The notes under the pieces are model-generated. The model made no database searches and had not been told where the DNA came from. It was given only the letters and a program-made list of their open reading frames with translations. Below are positions 40,991-55,011 of a DNA stretch of 64,000 bases, piece after piece. Each line of letters starts with the position of its first letter. Position 1 is the first letter of the stretch. The DNA is taken from the NCBI GenBank assembly GCA_951406725.2, contig OX597814.1, positions 25,110,001-25,174,000 of the forward strand, read 5' to 3'. Position numbers and translations under genes: made by a program. Source of the stretch: Octopus vulgaris. Lineage: Eukaryota.

Positions 40991-43900
40991 TTCAACATAA
41001 TTCTCAGGCCAAATCAGCTTAACACAATATATGACGGACCATTGAGTTATGGACACAATCCATTGGATGGGCCCCCTACAAAGTTTCTGCTTACACAAGA
41101 TCACTTCCAAGACTTGAAACATGTTGAGGCTACACAGAATAAAAAAGACTTGTTCAAGGTGCCACATAGAGGAAGAAATTGAACTTGGATGCTCATAATT
41201 TAGAAGTAGAATTTAAGATAACTAAGTCATACCTGCATCTGCATCATTATTTAGTATAAAGTTTTAGTAGTTTGTGAGCTGAAACACAGAAGAAAAAGAA
41301 AGGAGAGAGAGAGAGAAGGATGGGGTTATTTGAAACAAAGGATTCAGGCCTAAGACTTATTAAGAAACTGTGGGTGGTATTGGGTTTGTTCCAAGTTGAT
41401 TTAACAATTCAATAAAATACTTAGAAGGTTAAATAATTATTACTTGAACAATGTTTCATGATCATGGATATTTATTCGATTGGCTGCAACTTACATAGAG
41501 TAATTGCTTAAATGCAACTGACTGAAGCTAGCCAACAATCTTAAGAACAATTTTGTCCACCAGTTATTTCTGAATTACTCCTTTGAGAATATTTTCTGTT
41601 CGCACATTATATTGGAAGTTTGAATTTCTCACCTAGTATTCCAGAGAATTTTCTCTTTGATAGTTTTCATCTTTTTCTTTTAATTTTCTTCTGGTTGATT
41701 GTTATATGGGTTATTGTTATTGTTGTTGTTGTTGTTGTTGTTGTTGATGTTTACCCTTAGGTCATCCCTGATCGATCAGACCTATGATCAAAGACATTTC
41801 ATCAGTAACCATTCTGTCTTTTTTTCTTCAGACAAACATTATCCAATGACGAAAACAAGTATGTATGGTTAAGAAGCTTTCTGTACAATCATATAATTCT
41901 CAGTTCTATCCTACTCTATGACACTTTGTACTAGTGTCTTTTACTAATCTCTCAGGTTGACCAAGTACATTGTGAGTGGAATTTAGTAATGGAAACCATG
42001 CAGAAGTCCATTGTAGATATAACTAAAATCCTTTTGGGACATCACGGTTCAACACTAAAGAACAACACATATCTTCCCATTTTTATGTTTGTAGGGAGAA
42101 ATTTGATGGCAATTTGGCTGCCATTTCTAGCAAGTCTACATAGATCAGTGACGAGCAAGCAGTATCACTGTGACTTTCTGAATGACATACCAAATGAAAA
42201 ATTACCTTGAATGTTTTTAGTAGTGTGGCCTTCCTGACGATGGACCATATCTCATACAGCATGCTTCTTGAACAAGGTTGCCCATGCCTGGTATAGCTGT
42301 TATCTCTTTAGTTTGTATGTCAGTTTTATGAAGGACTATTCAGAGGTATTTCTTAAGTGCTTCCTAACAAGTTTTTTTAACATTTGTTCGAAGTATATTC
42401 TCTTATGTTTAAATATTCAAGGATTTTCAAACTTGCTGTTTTTGTTTGTTGCTGATGTTGTTGTTAAATAGTTCCTAGTCACTCCCAAATAAGCAGCTCT
42501 ATGATCAAGGTATTCCAAATAAAACCATCCATTTACCCTCCAAACATTGCATATCTCAGACAACATTGTACAATGTGTTTTTTTACTTTCTCAAAATAAT
42601 AACATGCAATTTGAGGGACATTAATTACTACTATTTTTTTATCAATACAAGTGATTAGAAGGACTAGACGCATATTTTCATTGGATAGTGTTTGATTGTA
42701 GATCGTGCATTTTACTTAAACAGAAATTATTGTGACTTTATACTAACTCTAATCAGAGGACTTGTTCATACATAAATATTAGAAGTGTTCCTAACATAAT
42801 TTGCAAAACAAATATATTTTACACACACACACATGCATACAAATATATATACACACATATACATAAATATACATACTTATATATATCAGTAAACACATGT
42901 AAAATCATGTATACACACCACATTCAAATAAATTCAAACTGAGTTAATTGCAATTAAATGAATAGAGTAATTAGTACTGCTAAATAAAGTGGAAAAACAT
43001 TTATTTAAAGCTACTCAAAATTATATTCATAAACATATCTTGATATTGTATTAATAAATGTATATATCGGTATTTAAATTTGAAGACATGCAGAAATACA
43101 TGAGCAATATATTTTGTATAAATATTTGCACATACATAAAATTATTTATATATCAGGAATTTTGATTTTCAGATTTTTCCGGATTTTTAAAAAAATTTGA
43201 AATATCAGAGCAATTAACCAAGAAGAATCTTATAATTTGACATCAGGGAGAAAAATATTTAATGAAAATATTTAAAGTGAAACTGTTGACATTAAAGCAA
43301 TGAGAGTGGTGATGATATGAAACAAGTCATTCAGTTATAGGTTTGTTGTGCAACACTGTAGACATATACTCATCTACAGTTATCATGCATTTACATTTGT
43401 AAGTGTGATCAACTCATCCATCAAGAACTATATGTGAGCAATGAGCCACTCAATCAAGTAAACGATCTACTGATTGAATTTGCATCCAAACTGGCTGAAT
43501 ATTCGACAAATATTCATACGCTTAAGATAATTTTCAAACAGAATAAGCACGACAAGATTTAACAAGGCTGAGATTTGTACAGTTCAACTAATGGACTTCT
43601 ACATGGTTTCTGTCAGCTCAGCTTTTCTCATAAGGGTTTATGGTGATCTCAGGTTTTGATGAATGAAATTTACCCAAGGTATGCATACAGTGTGATGGTA
43701 CCCAAGTTTTCATGGCTGCAAAACAAATTATTTCACTACTCAATCATGCCTGTGTATACACACACACATGCACAAACACACACACACACACACACACACA
43801 TACACACATGCACACGCACACACATACACATACATGTGAGTGCACACATTCAATATTGGTTGGTTATAGTTTTTGTCTGGTGTGAATTCCAAGAAAGTGA

Positions 43901-44972
43901 AAAAAGTACTCAATACTGCTAAATAGTGTGGAATAATATTTATTCAAAGTTGATTTCATGTGAGATGCTAACCCTTGTACCTGCCGAAAGAGCAGATTTA
44001 GTGTTGTTGCAATTATGTAGAGATGAGTTGTATATGTCAGCATTGGACATCTCTTATTGAAATTATTCCAGTCATAGAAGCAATGAAAAGAAGATTCTTG
44101 AAACATGGTATATATATATATTAAAACGCTTACAAAGACACCTCACTACTCAACTTTCCAAATATGTTTAGAATTCAAAGGATGATATTATTAACAATTG
44201 CATAATTGACTGATATATTATAGAACACGCATTTACCTATATTACTACATCTAGGACATGTTTTTCATAGAAAAAATATGTTACGGTTAGCTGCTCATTA
44301 TATGAAAGATCAAACTGGAGAATATTTATAGGCACTTACATCAATATTTCTTATGGGATTCCAAAATCCCAACAAACTAAAAGAGCCTATTTCCTATGCA
44401 ATGGACTATATATTCTGAAAGAAAACAACATTTTGTCTTTTTTATTTTAACAACACTAAAAACTGCATTAGCAAGAAAAACCTTTGCTTTTGTGTGTTTT
44501 ATGCATATGAAACTAAAGACATGAAAATATCACATGGATTTTAAATATGAATAGATGAATGTGTCACATGTTCTGTGTATAAAAATCGAATAGATGATGT
44601 GTATTATAATTCATTTTTTTTGTTTTGATAACTAATGAAATTTCTATGATTAATCAAAAATATTTTTATTCTCCCCAGCAAATGGCAGTGCCACAGCTCA
44701 TGCACTAGAACTAGTTCAATTCAATTCATATATTTTTAAGTTGTTGCCCTTCCTCAATCATTTAATTCAACACATTGCAAAGTTCTGAAACTAAGGACTT
44801 TTTTTCTGTTCGGTAGCATTTTTAGTGCCTTCTTGTTATGATTCAGGTCCCTATCACTACCACACTATTTTAATGTACATATACTTAATATCAGCCAGAG
44901 TAATTTAGACCTAGGCTCTAGTTTGATGCAAGGGACTACTTACCACAGTACCATTCTACTGTAAACATACAT

Positions 44973-45010
<38 letters not shown>

Positions 45011-45549
45011 CATTTATGTATTCACATTAATTGTTGCCGTTGTCTATTGTTATATTTGCGATGGCAGCAAACAAGCAGTTTATCATAATATTTCATTAAA
45101 ATGTTTTTAAAGTTAATATCTAAATAGGAGACAAAGAATATAAAACTGTTCAGATGCATCAGTTTCTCCTTAATGTTCCCTTTTTGCACCTGGTATCTAT
45201 ATACAATTTTCCAACGCTCACTTTGAGAAGCATTGGTCTAACCCTGAAATGGTTGACATCATCGATGGATGTTTTAAAAAATTTACATGGATACAACCAT
45301 CATCAAAGGAAAGTGTATATTATTTAGCATTTTTTGATAATGCCATCATAAATTTTACTGCGTGGGAGACATTCAATTACTATAGTTTTTGTACTAAAGT
45401 GAAAATAAATACAAAAATTATCCTTAAGGAAAATAATACCTTTTGTTTTTGCTAGGCTGGCACACATATTTATGCAACCCTTTCCAACCATTTAAAGGTT
45501 AAAATAAACCTTGTTGCGAAACAGTGAAGCAGGATATACAAAAAGTATC

Positions 45550-48050
45550 AATAGAAATATCTAAACAAAAAATGCATAAAATTTGCAACAACCCTTTACT
45601 TATCTACCCTCTGTCAACAATATATAGACTCAACTCTCATGTTAAATAAGAATTAGCAATATTCAGAAGCTTAGCAGTCTTTATAATGGAAAAATATTGT
45701 TAGTTCCAAAGCAGACACTTCGACTTCATCAAATTAAATACCTCAATTTCAGCAAAATCTTCCACCTAAAAGAAACCATATGATCAAAACAAAAAAAAAA
45801 TCTTAGAAATGTTAAACTCAAATTACTTTATCAGTCTCTTGTGATTCTTAGTGATAAAAGTTTAATAAAAATTGAGACAAACTGTGTGACTTATCCAGGA
45901 ATGAAGGCAATAAAGACAGAGAGAGAAAAGAATTTATAAAAGCAAGGTAGCATGAATCTTAAATTGCAGAACTTGAAAATAGTGATAAAATTATACGTGA
46001 AAGTGATAACAATTTGTTTGTTATTTCGAAGGAAAGAAAATATATTATAAAAATAAAACAATATGCTATTTGGTAGCAATTTCATCAACACTAGAAAACC
46101 CACACTAGACAGTAAAAAATTAAACTCAAATTAATCATCACTAAAAGCATTCAAATAAGTTCTATTCTTTCCTAGGCTCTTCAAAAAGAATTTTCTCACA
46201 ATACATTTCATCATCAAATGAATCCAAAGAAGCATCACACAAAACTGACAAAAATTTCCAATATTTCCACTTTGGATGTTTTCAAATGTTTCCATAATGG
46301 AAACAACAGTTATAATTTAGATAAGATGTATACACATCCTGCAATAAAACCTCTTGATATATTAAGAAATAATGCTGCGTAGGCAAAATTCTTTGGATAG
46401 AAGATGATGCCATCCTTCCTGCACATGTGAGAAAATTTTCACACCAGTAGGCTGCATCAGTCCCCAGCTGTTACACTGAGGAGTACAGACATATATTATG
46501 CACTTACCAGATTTTCACTTCTGTGCAAGATGACTGAAAGTATCAAACAGAAATATTGCCTCAAGTTTTACCAAAAGCTTGGTGATACTCAAGCTCAAAC
46601 CATCCAGAAGATTCAGCAAGCTTTTAATGATGATGCCATGGACAAAACTCAGATCAAGGAGTTGTACAACCACTTCAAACATGGCCACACCTCAGTGGAG
46701 AGCGAAATGTGCTTAGATAGACAATCCACATGCTGGAATGAGGAGCTGATTGAAAATATTCGGCGAATAGTTATGGAAGACCGTCATGTAACAATCTAGG
46801 AAATTTTTCATGAAGTTGGAATAAATACATTCCATTTTAACAATATTTGTGAATGCAGAGTGTCAACAAATCGATAAAATCAGTTACTTTTTTAATGCAC
46901 CTCATAATCCAAGCTTTCCTGGTCAAGAACAACATACCACTTGGCTTGGCACCATATGAGTTCTGGCTCTTCCCCAAACTGAAAACCATGCTGAAAAGGA
47001 AGGGATTTGAGTTATGAGTGGAGATTATGAAAAAAGTGATGGGGAACTGCACAGTATTCAAGGGAAGGCATTCAAGAGGTGTTTCCAGCAATGGTAAAGC
47101 CACTGGGAGAAGCATGGGAACTACCAAGCAGATTTTTTTGAAGGTGATTAAATAAAATTTGTGAAATTTATAACATTGTTTTCTTATGCCCAATGGCAGA
47201 TACTTTTGAATGCACCTTGTGCATCATAATAATAAAGGTGATCAGCACAGAAATAAAAACCTCATAGGTAAATTTTACGAATATTTTATGATATAATTAT
47301 ATACATAATTATAACAAGAGTTTGGCTATATGACTCACCATGCACTGAAAAATAGACATCAAATGACACTATTACCACCATAAATTCTCCTATAAAATAC
47401 TTATAAAATTTACCTTGTGTATCATATACATCAAATGTGTTGATGACATATTCATTGAGCTGGATAGACTTAAAGATGATTTCAAAAATAATTCCTTCCT
47501 TAAGCTTATAATCCAACATAGTTCTATTGTGAATTCAGGCCACAACACCACCCCATTCTTAAATATAGGAAAGATGAACAACTCATATAACACATGAAAA
47601 ACACCAATAAATTCCTACATAAAATATTACAAAAATACTACAATGACAAACTTTATCATTATAAAGCCACAAACTTGCAAGATATAGTCAATGTAATACA
47701 GTAATACAGAAATTTCAATGTAAATAGGTGAGTTGAAAATTTCTTGACTCATACATTTGACAGATATGTATAACACATTTTCGTTGACTAATTATGCTTT
47801 TACAAGGAACTATTTCAACATATAACAGTGTACAGGAAATAAAATTAGATAGAGAACTATTGTCTGGTAGTACTACCAACCTATAAAAAATACTGTAAAG
47901 CATACCAAACATGAACTATCATTTTTCTTTTCATTCTGATGATGAGTTTGAGACAATCTTGAAATGTAGAGGGTCTTTAGTATACTATTATTAAGGAATA
48001 AACAAATGAGATATACAGGAAATATGAAAGCTCTTAAATAAATAAAAATA
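45550..48050 (+). mobile_element. Ancient Penelope/Poseidon-like element interrupted by a mariner
   Basis: IQKLSSLYNGKILL near 45660 resembles a PLE N-terminus. IKCVDDIF..LKDDFKNNSFLKL..PFLNI (47415-47570) resembles the RT YVDDIF...FLD motifs. Confidence 0.5.
46370..47221 (+). mobile_element. Mariner transposon relic, internally deleted
   Basis: QKYCLKF..KLG..TIQKIQQAF.DDAM...FKHGHTSVE...EDRHVTI (HTH region), LAPYEFWLFPKLK and FFEGD*. Right TIR-like gatacttttgaatgcaccttgtg. Confidence 0.85.
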
Positions 48051-48104
48051 TTAAAAATCAGCCACAGTCAGTATAACATAATATATACAACTATGAAATA
48101 GATG

Positions 48105-49070
48105 CAATCATTGCTTTGTGGTAAAAAGTTTGCTTTCATAGCACATGCTTTCAGGTTCAGTCCCATTATGTAGTACCTTGGGTGAATGTTTTCTACAATG
48201 TATGTATATATGTATGCATGTATGTATGCATGTTATGTCAGGTCACTTTCGAGTGCTACTGGTAACATGTAACCCAGTACTACCTGTTGCATGGTCGGGT
48301 CGTCAGCGACTAAACCAGCAACCCCATCAAGCTTGCTTGGTGAGGAGGGTGTTTATTGGACACCCTGCAGGATGAAAAACAAAACCCGTCAAAGGGCGGA
48401 GGAACTCTTGAGAGTCAAAGGCCATCCAATAAATGTCTTAAGGCTGTATCATGCGCAGGAACATAGAAATAATCGGACTGAATACCTGATCGCGCGGTTA
48501 AACCATTGGGAGTGAAGGACTCCTAGCCTTTGTTAGGGCATCCTTCTAGGAGAAGGTAACTCAGGTAACTGGGATAACTCCGACATAAAACCTGGGGCTC
48601 AGTGGTTACCGATGATGTTGACTTGTTCTTCTTTTCGGATTATGGCTGCTGTTGCTTAGTGAGTGGGATTGACTCAGTGCATAGCCTTTCCTCACTTTAA
48701 AAAAAAATTCTTCTTGCACAGGCATTGCATGATAACAACATTGATTAAGCTTCGTGCAATGGCCATACTCGCTAACGAGGGGGCAGCCACCATGTATGTA
48801 TGTATGTATGTATGTATGAATGGATCTCTGTGTGGTTTTGTATATGTACTACTGTGTTGTTGTCTCTCTACCTTGATATCACATGACAGTTGAAAGCAAG
48901 TGTCACCATCACACAAGTAGTGTCCTTTATTTACAATCGTCTGTGCAAACATGCTTGGGCATGGGGAAATATTGCCTTACTTGAAAACTGGTGTGAGTTG
49001 ATGACAGGAAACACATCCAGCCATAGAAAATCTGCCTCAACGAATTTTGTTTGACCCATATGAGCATATA
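48105..49070 (+). mobile_element. Old SINE with RTE-like tail, interrupted by a younger insert
   Basis: Decayed head at 48105-48197, body and tail at 48820-49070 (catccagccatagaaaatctgcctc). Confidence 0.65.
48231..48816 (+). mobile_element. Non-coding GC-richer retro-insert (probable non-autonomous RTE derivative) in (ATGT)n
   Basis: No credible ORF. Contains GGGCATCCTTCTAGGAGAAGGTAACTC, resembling an RTE 5'UTR motif. Ends in an (ATGT)n tail. Confidence 0.55.
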
Positions 49071-49735
49071 TGTATGTATGTGCATTTATATGTATATATA
49101 TATATGTGTGTGAATATACTCTATTTGTGTACAAAGGCTACCATTAGTTTCACGTTAAGAAAATGTCTTAACAATTTTTTAAAGCTGATCACATAATGGA
49201 ATTGGTGTTCAACTCCATCTAAAGTGGAGATGAAGACCAATTTCCCCATGTGATCGGCTTAAAGAATTGTTAAGATATTTTCTTAACATGAAACCAAAGG
49301 TAGCCTTAATACACAAATAAGGAATCTTCATCTACCAACGTGGTGTCGAGCACACGTTTTTATTGTTTAACATTTATCCATGTGTGTGTGTTGTGTGTTG
49401 TGTATGTATGTGTGTGTGTGTGTGTGTGTGTGTCTGTGTGTGTGTCTGTGTGTGTGAGTGCATATATCTCTTATGCATACACATACATAAATGCAATGTC
49501 CACTCCTGAACTGCATTGTCTTAACTTCTCAAAACTTTGGATCAGCTGATATTGTAAGAACCAGTGGTTCTGTTTTATTCAGTATAGAATAGCCTAAACA
49601 GAGGCTCTTTCTTCAAATTGCAGGGATATTCTCAGCTGAATAATGTTTTTCCACCTACAATAATACATGTGTTGGACTCTATTGTATATTACATAATTCA
49701 TATCAAACACTCTCAGGGTAATTTTCCATTACGTG

Positions 49736-49814
<79 letters not shown>

Positions 49815-49824
49815 TGTATGTATG

Positions 49825-49857
<33 letters not shown>

Positions 49858-50329
49858 GTTTAGGTATGTAGGTAAGTATGTGTGCACATACATACATGCA
49901 TACATATATGCATATATGTATGCATGTATGCATATGCATATATATCTGTGTTTAGGCATGTAGGAAAGTATGTGTGTATATATACATACATGCATGCATA
50001 CATATACATACATACACTCACACATATATGCATTAGTATATGCCTTCACACACACATGTTTATATATATATATACATGCATAGATACAAATATGCATACA
50101 TGCGTGCACACACACACAGACACTCACACACACATACACACACACAAATATATACATAATACACGCACACATACATACATATGCTAGTGCTATTGTATGT
50201 ATCTGTGTCATCATCAGCTACATCATTTTACATCTGCTTCTATACTGGCAAGGGTAACATGGTTCAAGAGAATCTGACAGGTGTATGTGTGTGTGTATGT
50301 GCATGTATCCATGTGTGTATGAGTGTGTG

Positions 50330-50375
<46 letters not shown>

Positions 50376-50506
50376 TATGCATATACATATAAATATATAT
50401 ACACACACACACATACACACACACTTATATGCATATGCGTCGGTGTGTATTTGTATATATATACATACACAAATACATGTACACACATGTATACATAATG
50501 AATGTG

Positions 50507-50542
<36 letters not shown>

Positions 50543-50564
50543 GAGTCAGTGAGAGAGAGAGAGA

Positions 50565-50792
50565 GAATGAGAGTCAGAGAGAGGTAGAGAGAGAGAGTGG
50601 AGAAAAGCGGTAGAGAAAGGTTGAAAGAAAGAGAGAGAGAGAATGAGAGTCAGAGAGAGGTAGAGAGAGAGAGTGGAGAAAAGCGGTAGAGAAAGGTTGA
50701 AAGAAAGAGAGAGAGAGAATGAGAGTCAGAGAGAGGTAGAGAGAGAGAGTGGAGAAAAGCGGTAGAGAAAGGTTGAAAGAAAGAAAGAGAGA
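50565..50792. repeat. 76-bp purine-rich minisatellite, 3 copies
   Basis: GAATGAGAGTCAG starts at 50565, 50641 and 50717. Confidence 0.93.
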
Positions 50793-51297
50793 GAGAGAGA
50801 GATGCTTATTTGAATTTGGTTAAGAAATAAAGATGAGAACGGAAATGAAATTTAACAACATTGATAAATGTCACTTCTGAAGTGTCTTTCCTCCATACGT
50901 ATCTTGTAATAGCAGACATTGCTGCAGGCAGCAGCATACATTAAACAGACAACAACTACAGGACTGTTGAGGAAATATCTCTCTAAATCAATGAATTTGA
51001 CAAGAAACATTGGGTTTACTCTGACCGATGTGCCATTAGAACAGAGGTACACTAAATATATGAAGATTTCTACCTTTATGTCTTAAAAACCAAAAGCAAT
51101 TTCATCTTAATGTTTTTTTTTCAATAAAGAGTATGACAGCAAATGATGTTTGCAATATTACTGATATAGTAAGTAATTCTGTTTACGTTTGTATGAATGT
51201 ATGTAGATATGCTTTTATGTATTTATGTCTGTATTTATGCATGTATGTGTGTGTGTATGTGTATATATTGGTATATGTATGCGTATATATTGATATG

Positions 51298-51511
51298 CAT
51301 ATCATCATCGTCATTTAGCATCCGTTTTCCATGCTAGCATGGGTTGGACGGTTCAACTGGGGTCTGTGAAGCCAGAAGGCTGCATCAGGCCCAGTCTGAT
51401 CTGGCAGTGTTTCTACGGCTGGATGCCCTTCCTAACGCCAACCACTCCACGAGTGTAGTGGGTGCTTTTTACGTGCCACCCACACATATATATATATGTA
51501 TATAGATGTTA

Positions 51512-51550
<39 letters not shown>

Positions 51551-51800
51551 TCATCATCATCATCATCATTTAACGTCCACTTTCCATGGTAGCATGGGTT
51601 GGACGATTTGACTGAGGTCTGGTGAACCAGACTCCAATCTGATCTGGCAGAGTTTCTACAGCTGGATGCCCTTCCTAATGCCAACCACTCCAAGAGTGTA
51701 GTGGGTGCTTTTTCATGCCACCGGCACGAGGGCCAGTTTGGTAGTACTGGCAACGGCCATGTTCAAATAATGCTTTTTATGTGCCACCTGCACTGGTAAC
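51298..51800 (-). mobile_element. Two tandem RTE 3' ends separated by (TA)n
   Basis: Copies at ~51298-51481 and ~51548-51800, each starting with (ATC)n followed by ccatg.tagcatgggttggacg. Confidence 0.88.
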
Positions 51801-53087
51801 GACCTCATACACAGATATACATGCACATACACACTGTATTCAGATTTTACTGTATGCAGATTATAGTAATAACATGCACTGAGCATGATTATTTCAAATC
51901 AGAGAGGGAGCTTATGTGTTATAACTTGACTTTTTAGAAAAAGAAATCTTTAATCCATACTCTGTTATGTTAAAGGAAAGAGTATTTTGAGAATGTAAAA
52001 CCAGGTACATTATTCTTGAAAAAGGAATGTTGATAACAGCTTAATTGTCATTGGTTCTGAAGTTTGGCACAAGGCCAAAATTTTAGAGGAGGGGGTAATT
52101 CAATTACATGGACCCTAGTGCACAACTTATTGACTCTAAAACGATGAAAAGCACAGTCAACCCCAGTGACATTTGTACTCAGAACGTCAAGTCAGAAGAA
52201 ATTCTGTTAAGCATTTTGTTTGGCCCAATCACAATTCTGGCAGCTCACCACCCTCACAACTTAAATGTCATTGAACCTGCTTGTTCAGAGCCAGCCATGA
52301 ACTAAGCAACAGCATGGTCATCTTAATGAGATTTTTTTTACAAGATTTCAAACTCTGACTTGAATACTGGGTGAGAGTGGTCTATACCTATTTGATTGAC
52401 CATGGAAAAAATCTTATGAAAGCAGTCTTTAACCAATATCCTTACCTGACCCTATCAATTTTCATGCTGACATATTTCTTTATTCAAATTTATTTGTTTT
52501 TCAACTCTACAACTATCTTTTTATGATATGAATACCGTTGTGTTATTTGAAAATATACAAAACTATCGTTTGCAATAACATAATATTACTAAACTCTAAG
52601 TTTTTGTAACATAATTGATTTTTGTTATCACCAGACAAGAATAAGCTATATTTAGTATTGCAATCATTCTTAATACTACAATAATGGAAATTCTACCTTC
52701 AAACTGACAACTCGTTCTTTCTTTTTTCAACAATATTTATGAGATAACTTTGATGCTTCTTTTGTCTTGGACATTGGCTAACGGCAATTTTTTTCATTTC
52801 ATATGTATTTTTCTTTTTATATTCTCTCTCTCCTATTTTTATTTATTTTTTTTTTAGGCGATAGTTAGTGTGAAGTTTTCACAGAGCCAGCTTGTTATGT
52901 GGTCTTTTACAAAAATATTGACATAGAAATAATTGAATATAGAAAAATACTGTAGCATCTGAAACTATCATTTCTACATTATATATAAATACTTACATGC
53001 ATTGATATCTTAAAGCCCATTATCAAAAACACATTTGTGTGTTAACTCATTCATAAGAAAGTTAATGTTAAATTATATATATATATA

Positions 53088-53345
53088 TCATCATTATTAG
53101 CATCATTTAACATCCACTTTTCCATTCTTGCATGCATCAGACAAAGTTTGTTGAGGCAGATTTTCTATGACTGGATGCCCTTCTTGTGGCCAACCCTTAC
53201 TTTTTTCCAAACTAGGCAATACTTTCTCATAGCTAAACATATTTATCATGAAAGACTGGAAATAAACATCCATGCATGCATTACAATGATGTTCATTTAC
53301 AACCATCAGGTGATGTCTAAACAAGGGAATACACAAATATATACA
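53088..53345 (-). mobile_element. 3' part of RTE-tailed SINE
   Basis: Homologous to 61743-61950 and to the reverse of 48860-49070. Confidence 0.7.
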
Positions 53346-53494
53346 CACCTACACACATGCATATCCATATATATATATATATATATACACCCATGTATAT
53401 TTGTGTGTATGTGTGTAAATGCCTGCACATGTGTGTGTGTATGATATGCATGCACACATGCATATCATTTCATATACACAGTATTTAAATAAGA

Positions 53495-54590
53495 TCTACT
53501 AATAATTTCATGCCATGGAAGCACAATAATTCAGCAGGGAGAAAGCCAAAGTCTGCAAGACAGCTACTCCGTTTGAAGGGGGTGATGTCCTCTAGTTCAA
53601 CAAAATAAATTTGTCCATGTGCTTGTATTTGCTAAGAATTTTGGATCTGGAATTAAGTAGTGTAATGGAATTCTTAGATCTAACAAGAATGTGTGATCTT
53701 GCAGCTATGCACAGCTAGCATCTCTTTGTTCCATTTCCATCTGACGTAAATTTCTCCATGGCTTTCCACTTGATAGTATGTGGTGTGCAGTCAGTCTTTA
53801 GATCCAACATGAGGCTAGCCAACTCAGTGGATTTAACTTTGTTTACATGTCAGAAAATAGATTGGTGGTTTCCATAGACTTTTAAAATTACCTTTGCATA
53901 AACTAACATAATTTTTCTTTCTGGCCATGCGAACTCAGAGTACTGTTGTGACTTTGAATTCATAAACGACTGAGTTTATCAAAAATTCCTGATCACGTGG
54001 ACAAGCTTCAAAAATTTTGACAGTTGCAACTGGAGTGGACGCTTGGTGTAACTTGCAAGTAATTACGTCGTTCATATTAGGGCAGCAACTGTATAAAATT
54101 TTTATCAAGCCTTTATCAAAAAATATTCCTGTATTTATGGTTTACTGGGAAATGCTTATCTAATAATATCAGACATTTTTTGCCTATGCCAGTTTTAACG
54201 TTTGGAGAATAAGTGAGAGTGAACCATATTATTTTTCTAGATCTGTTTTTAAGTTACATATTTTTAATTGATGTGTATGATATCTTATCTTTAAAGCCAC
54301 TGTTAGCTCAGGCATTGTTATAGAAAGGGGCTGTTTTATCAAATATTTCTTTTGAAGAGGAGAGATTAGATAACATATTAATGATATTAGCTATCAAGTT
54401 TTTAAACACTCAGATGTTTATGAAGTCAAAGTCACAGCAGTGCTCCAAGATAATGTCATCAAAAAGAAAAATTACATCGATTTATGCACAAGTATCTTAA
54501 AAGATGTTATGCAAACCACCAGTCCTCTTTCTGACACATCAACAAAAATAAAGCCAATAAGTTGGCATCTAAAAATCAACCACATATCAT
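53495..54590 (-). mobile_element. Naiad-like Penelope element remnant (RT thumb + C-terminal GIY-YIG) with downstream hammerhead-like motif
   Basis: Manual minus translation across frameshifts: LSNLSSSKEIFDKTAPFY, KIIWFTLTYSPNVKTGIGKKCLILLDKHFP, IKILYSCCPNM, CNC...CP, SVVYEFKV, YVSLCKGNFK, YGNH, STELAS, IKWK, KRC*LC, LLNSRSKILSKYKH. Confidence 0.85.
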
Positions 54591-55011
54591 ATACAATCAG
54601 GAAAATTTTATGTCATATGTGAAAGTATCAAAGAGATGCAAACTAGATTAATTATTATTTCTACAGACAAAGGGCACATAGCTCTAGGTTTCCTTTCATT
54701 TTCTTTCTTTTTCTGTTCTTATTCACCTTTTGTCTTCTTATTCCACTTTTTGCATCGACCATATCATTATTTTGCTCGTGTTTTCTCATAGGCCAACGTC
54801 CTGGTTTTCAAATATGCACTGAGCCAGAAAGATTGCTTGGAGATACAAGGCATGTCATATAAATCTACCGATTTATCATGTTTCCACTGCATGGAATTAT
54901 TAGTAGACCTTATTTAAATAATATGTGTATTAAATGATTTTTATTTCTCACTGGATGGGAAACTTTTTGTTGGCCCTATCAATAACAGAATGGTAAACTA
55001 TATATATATGT

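Noticed and set aside
44944-44958. 15-nt minus-strand microexon (tttacag|TAGAATGGTACTGTG|gtaagt)
   Set aside because: The splice dinucleotides fit, but the pyrimidine tract is weak and no supporting minus-strand exons were found. It cannot be distinguished from chance.
53590-54320. Selenocysteine recoding in the Naiad-like copy
   Set aside because: The in-frame stops seen (F*H, NA*AN, RC*LC) fall at non-Cys positions or are TAG, consistent with decay. No SECIS was recognisable downstream.
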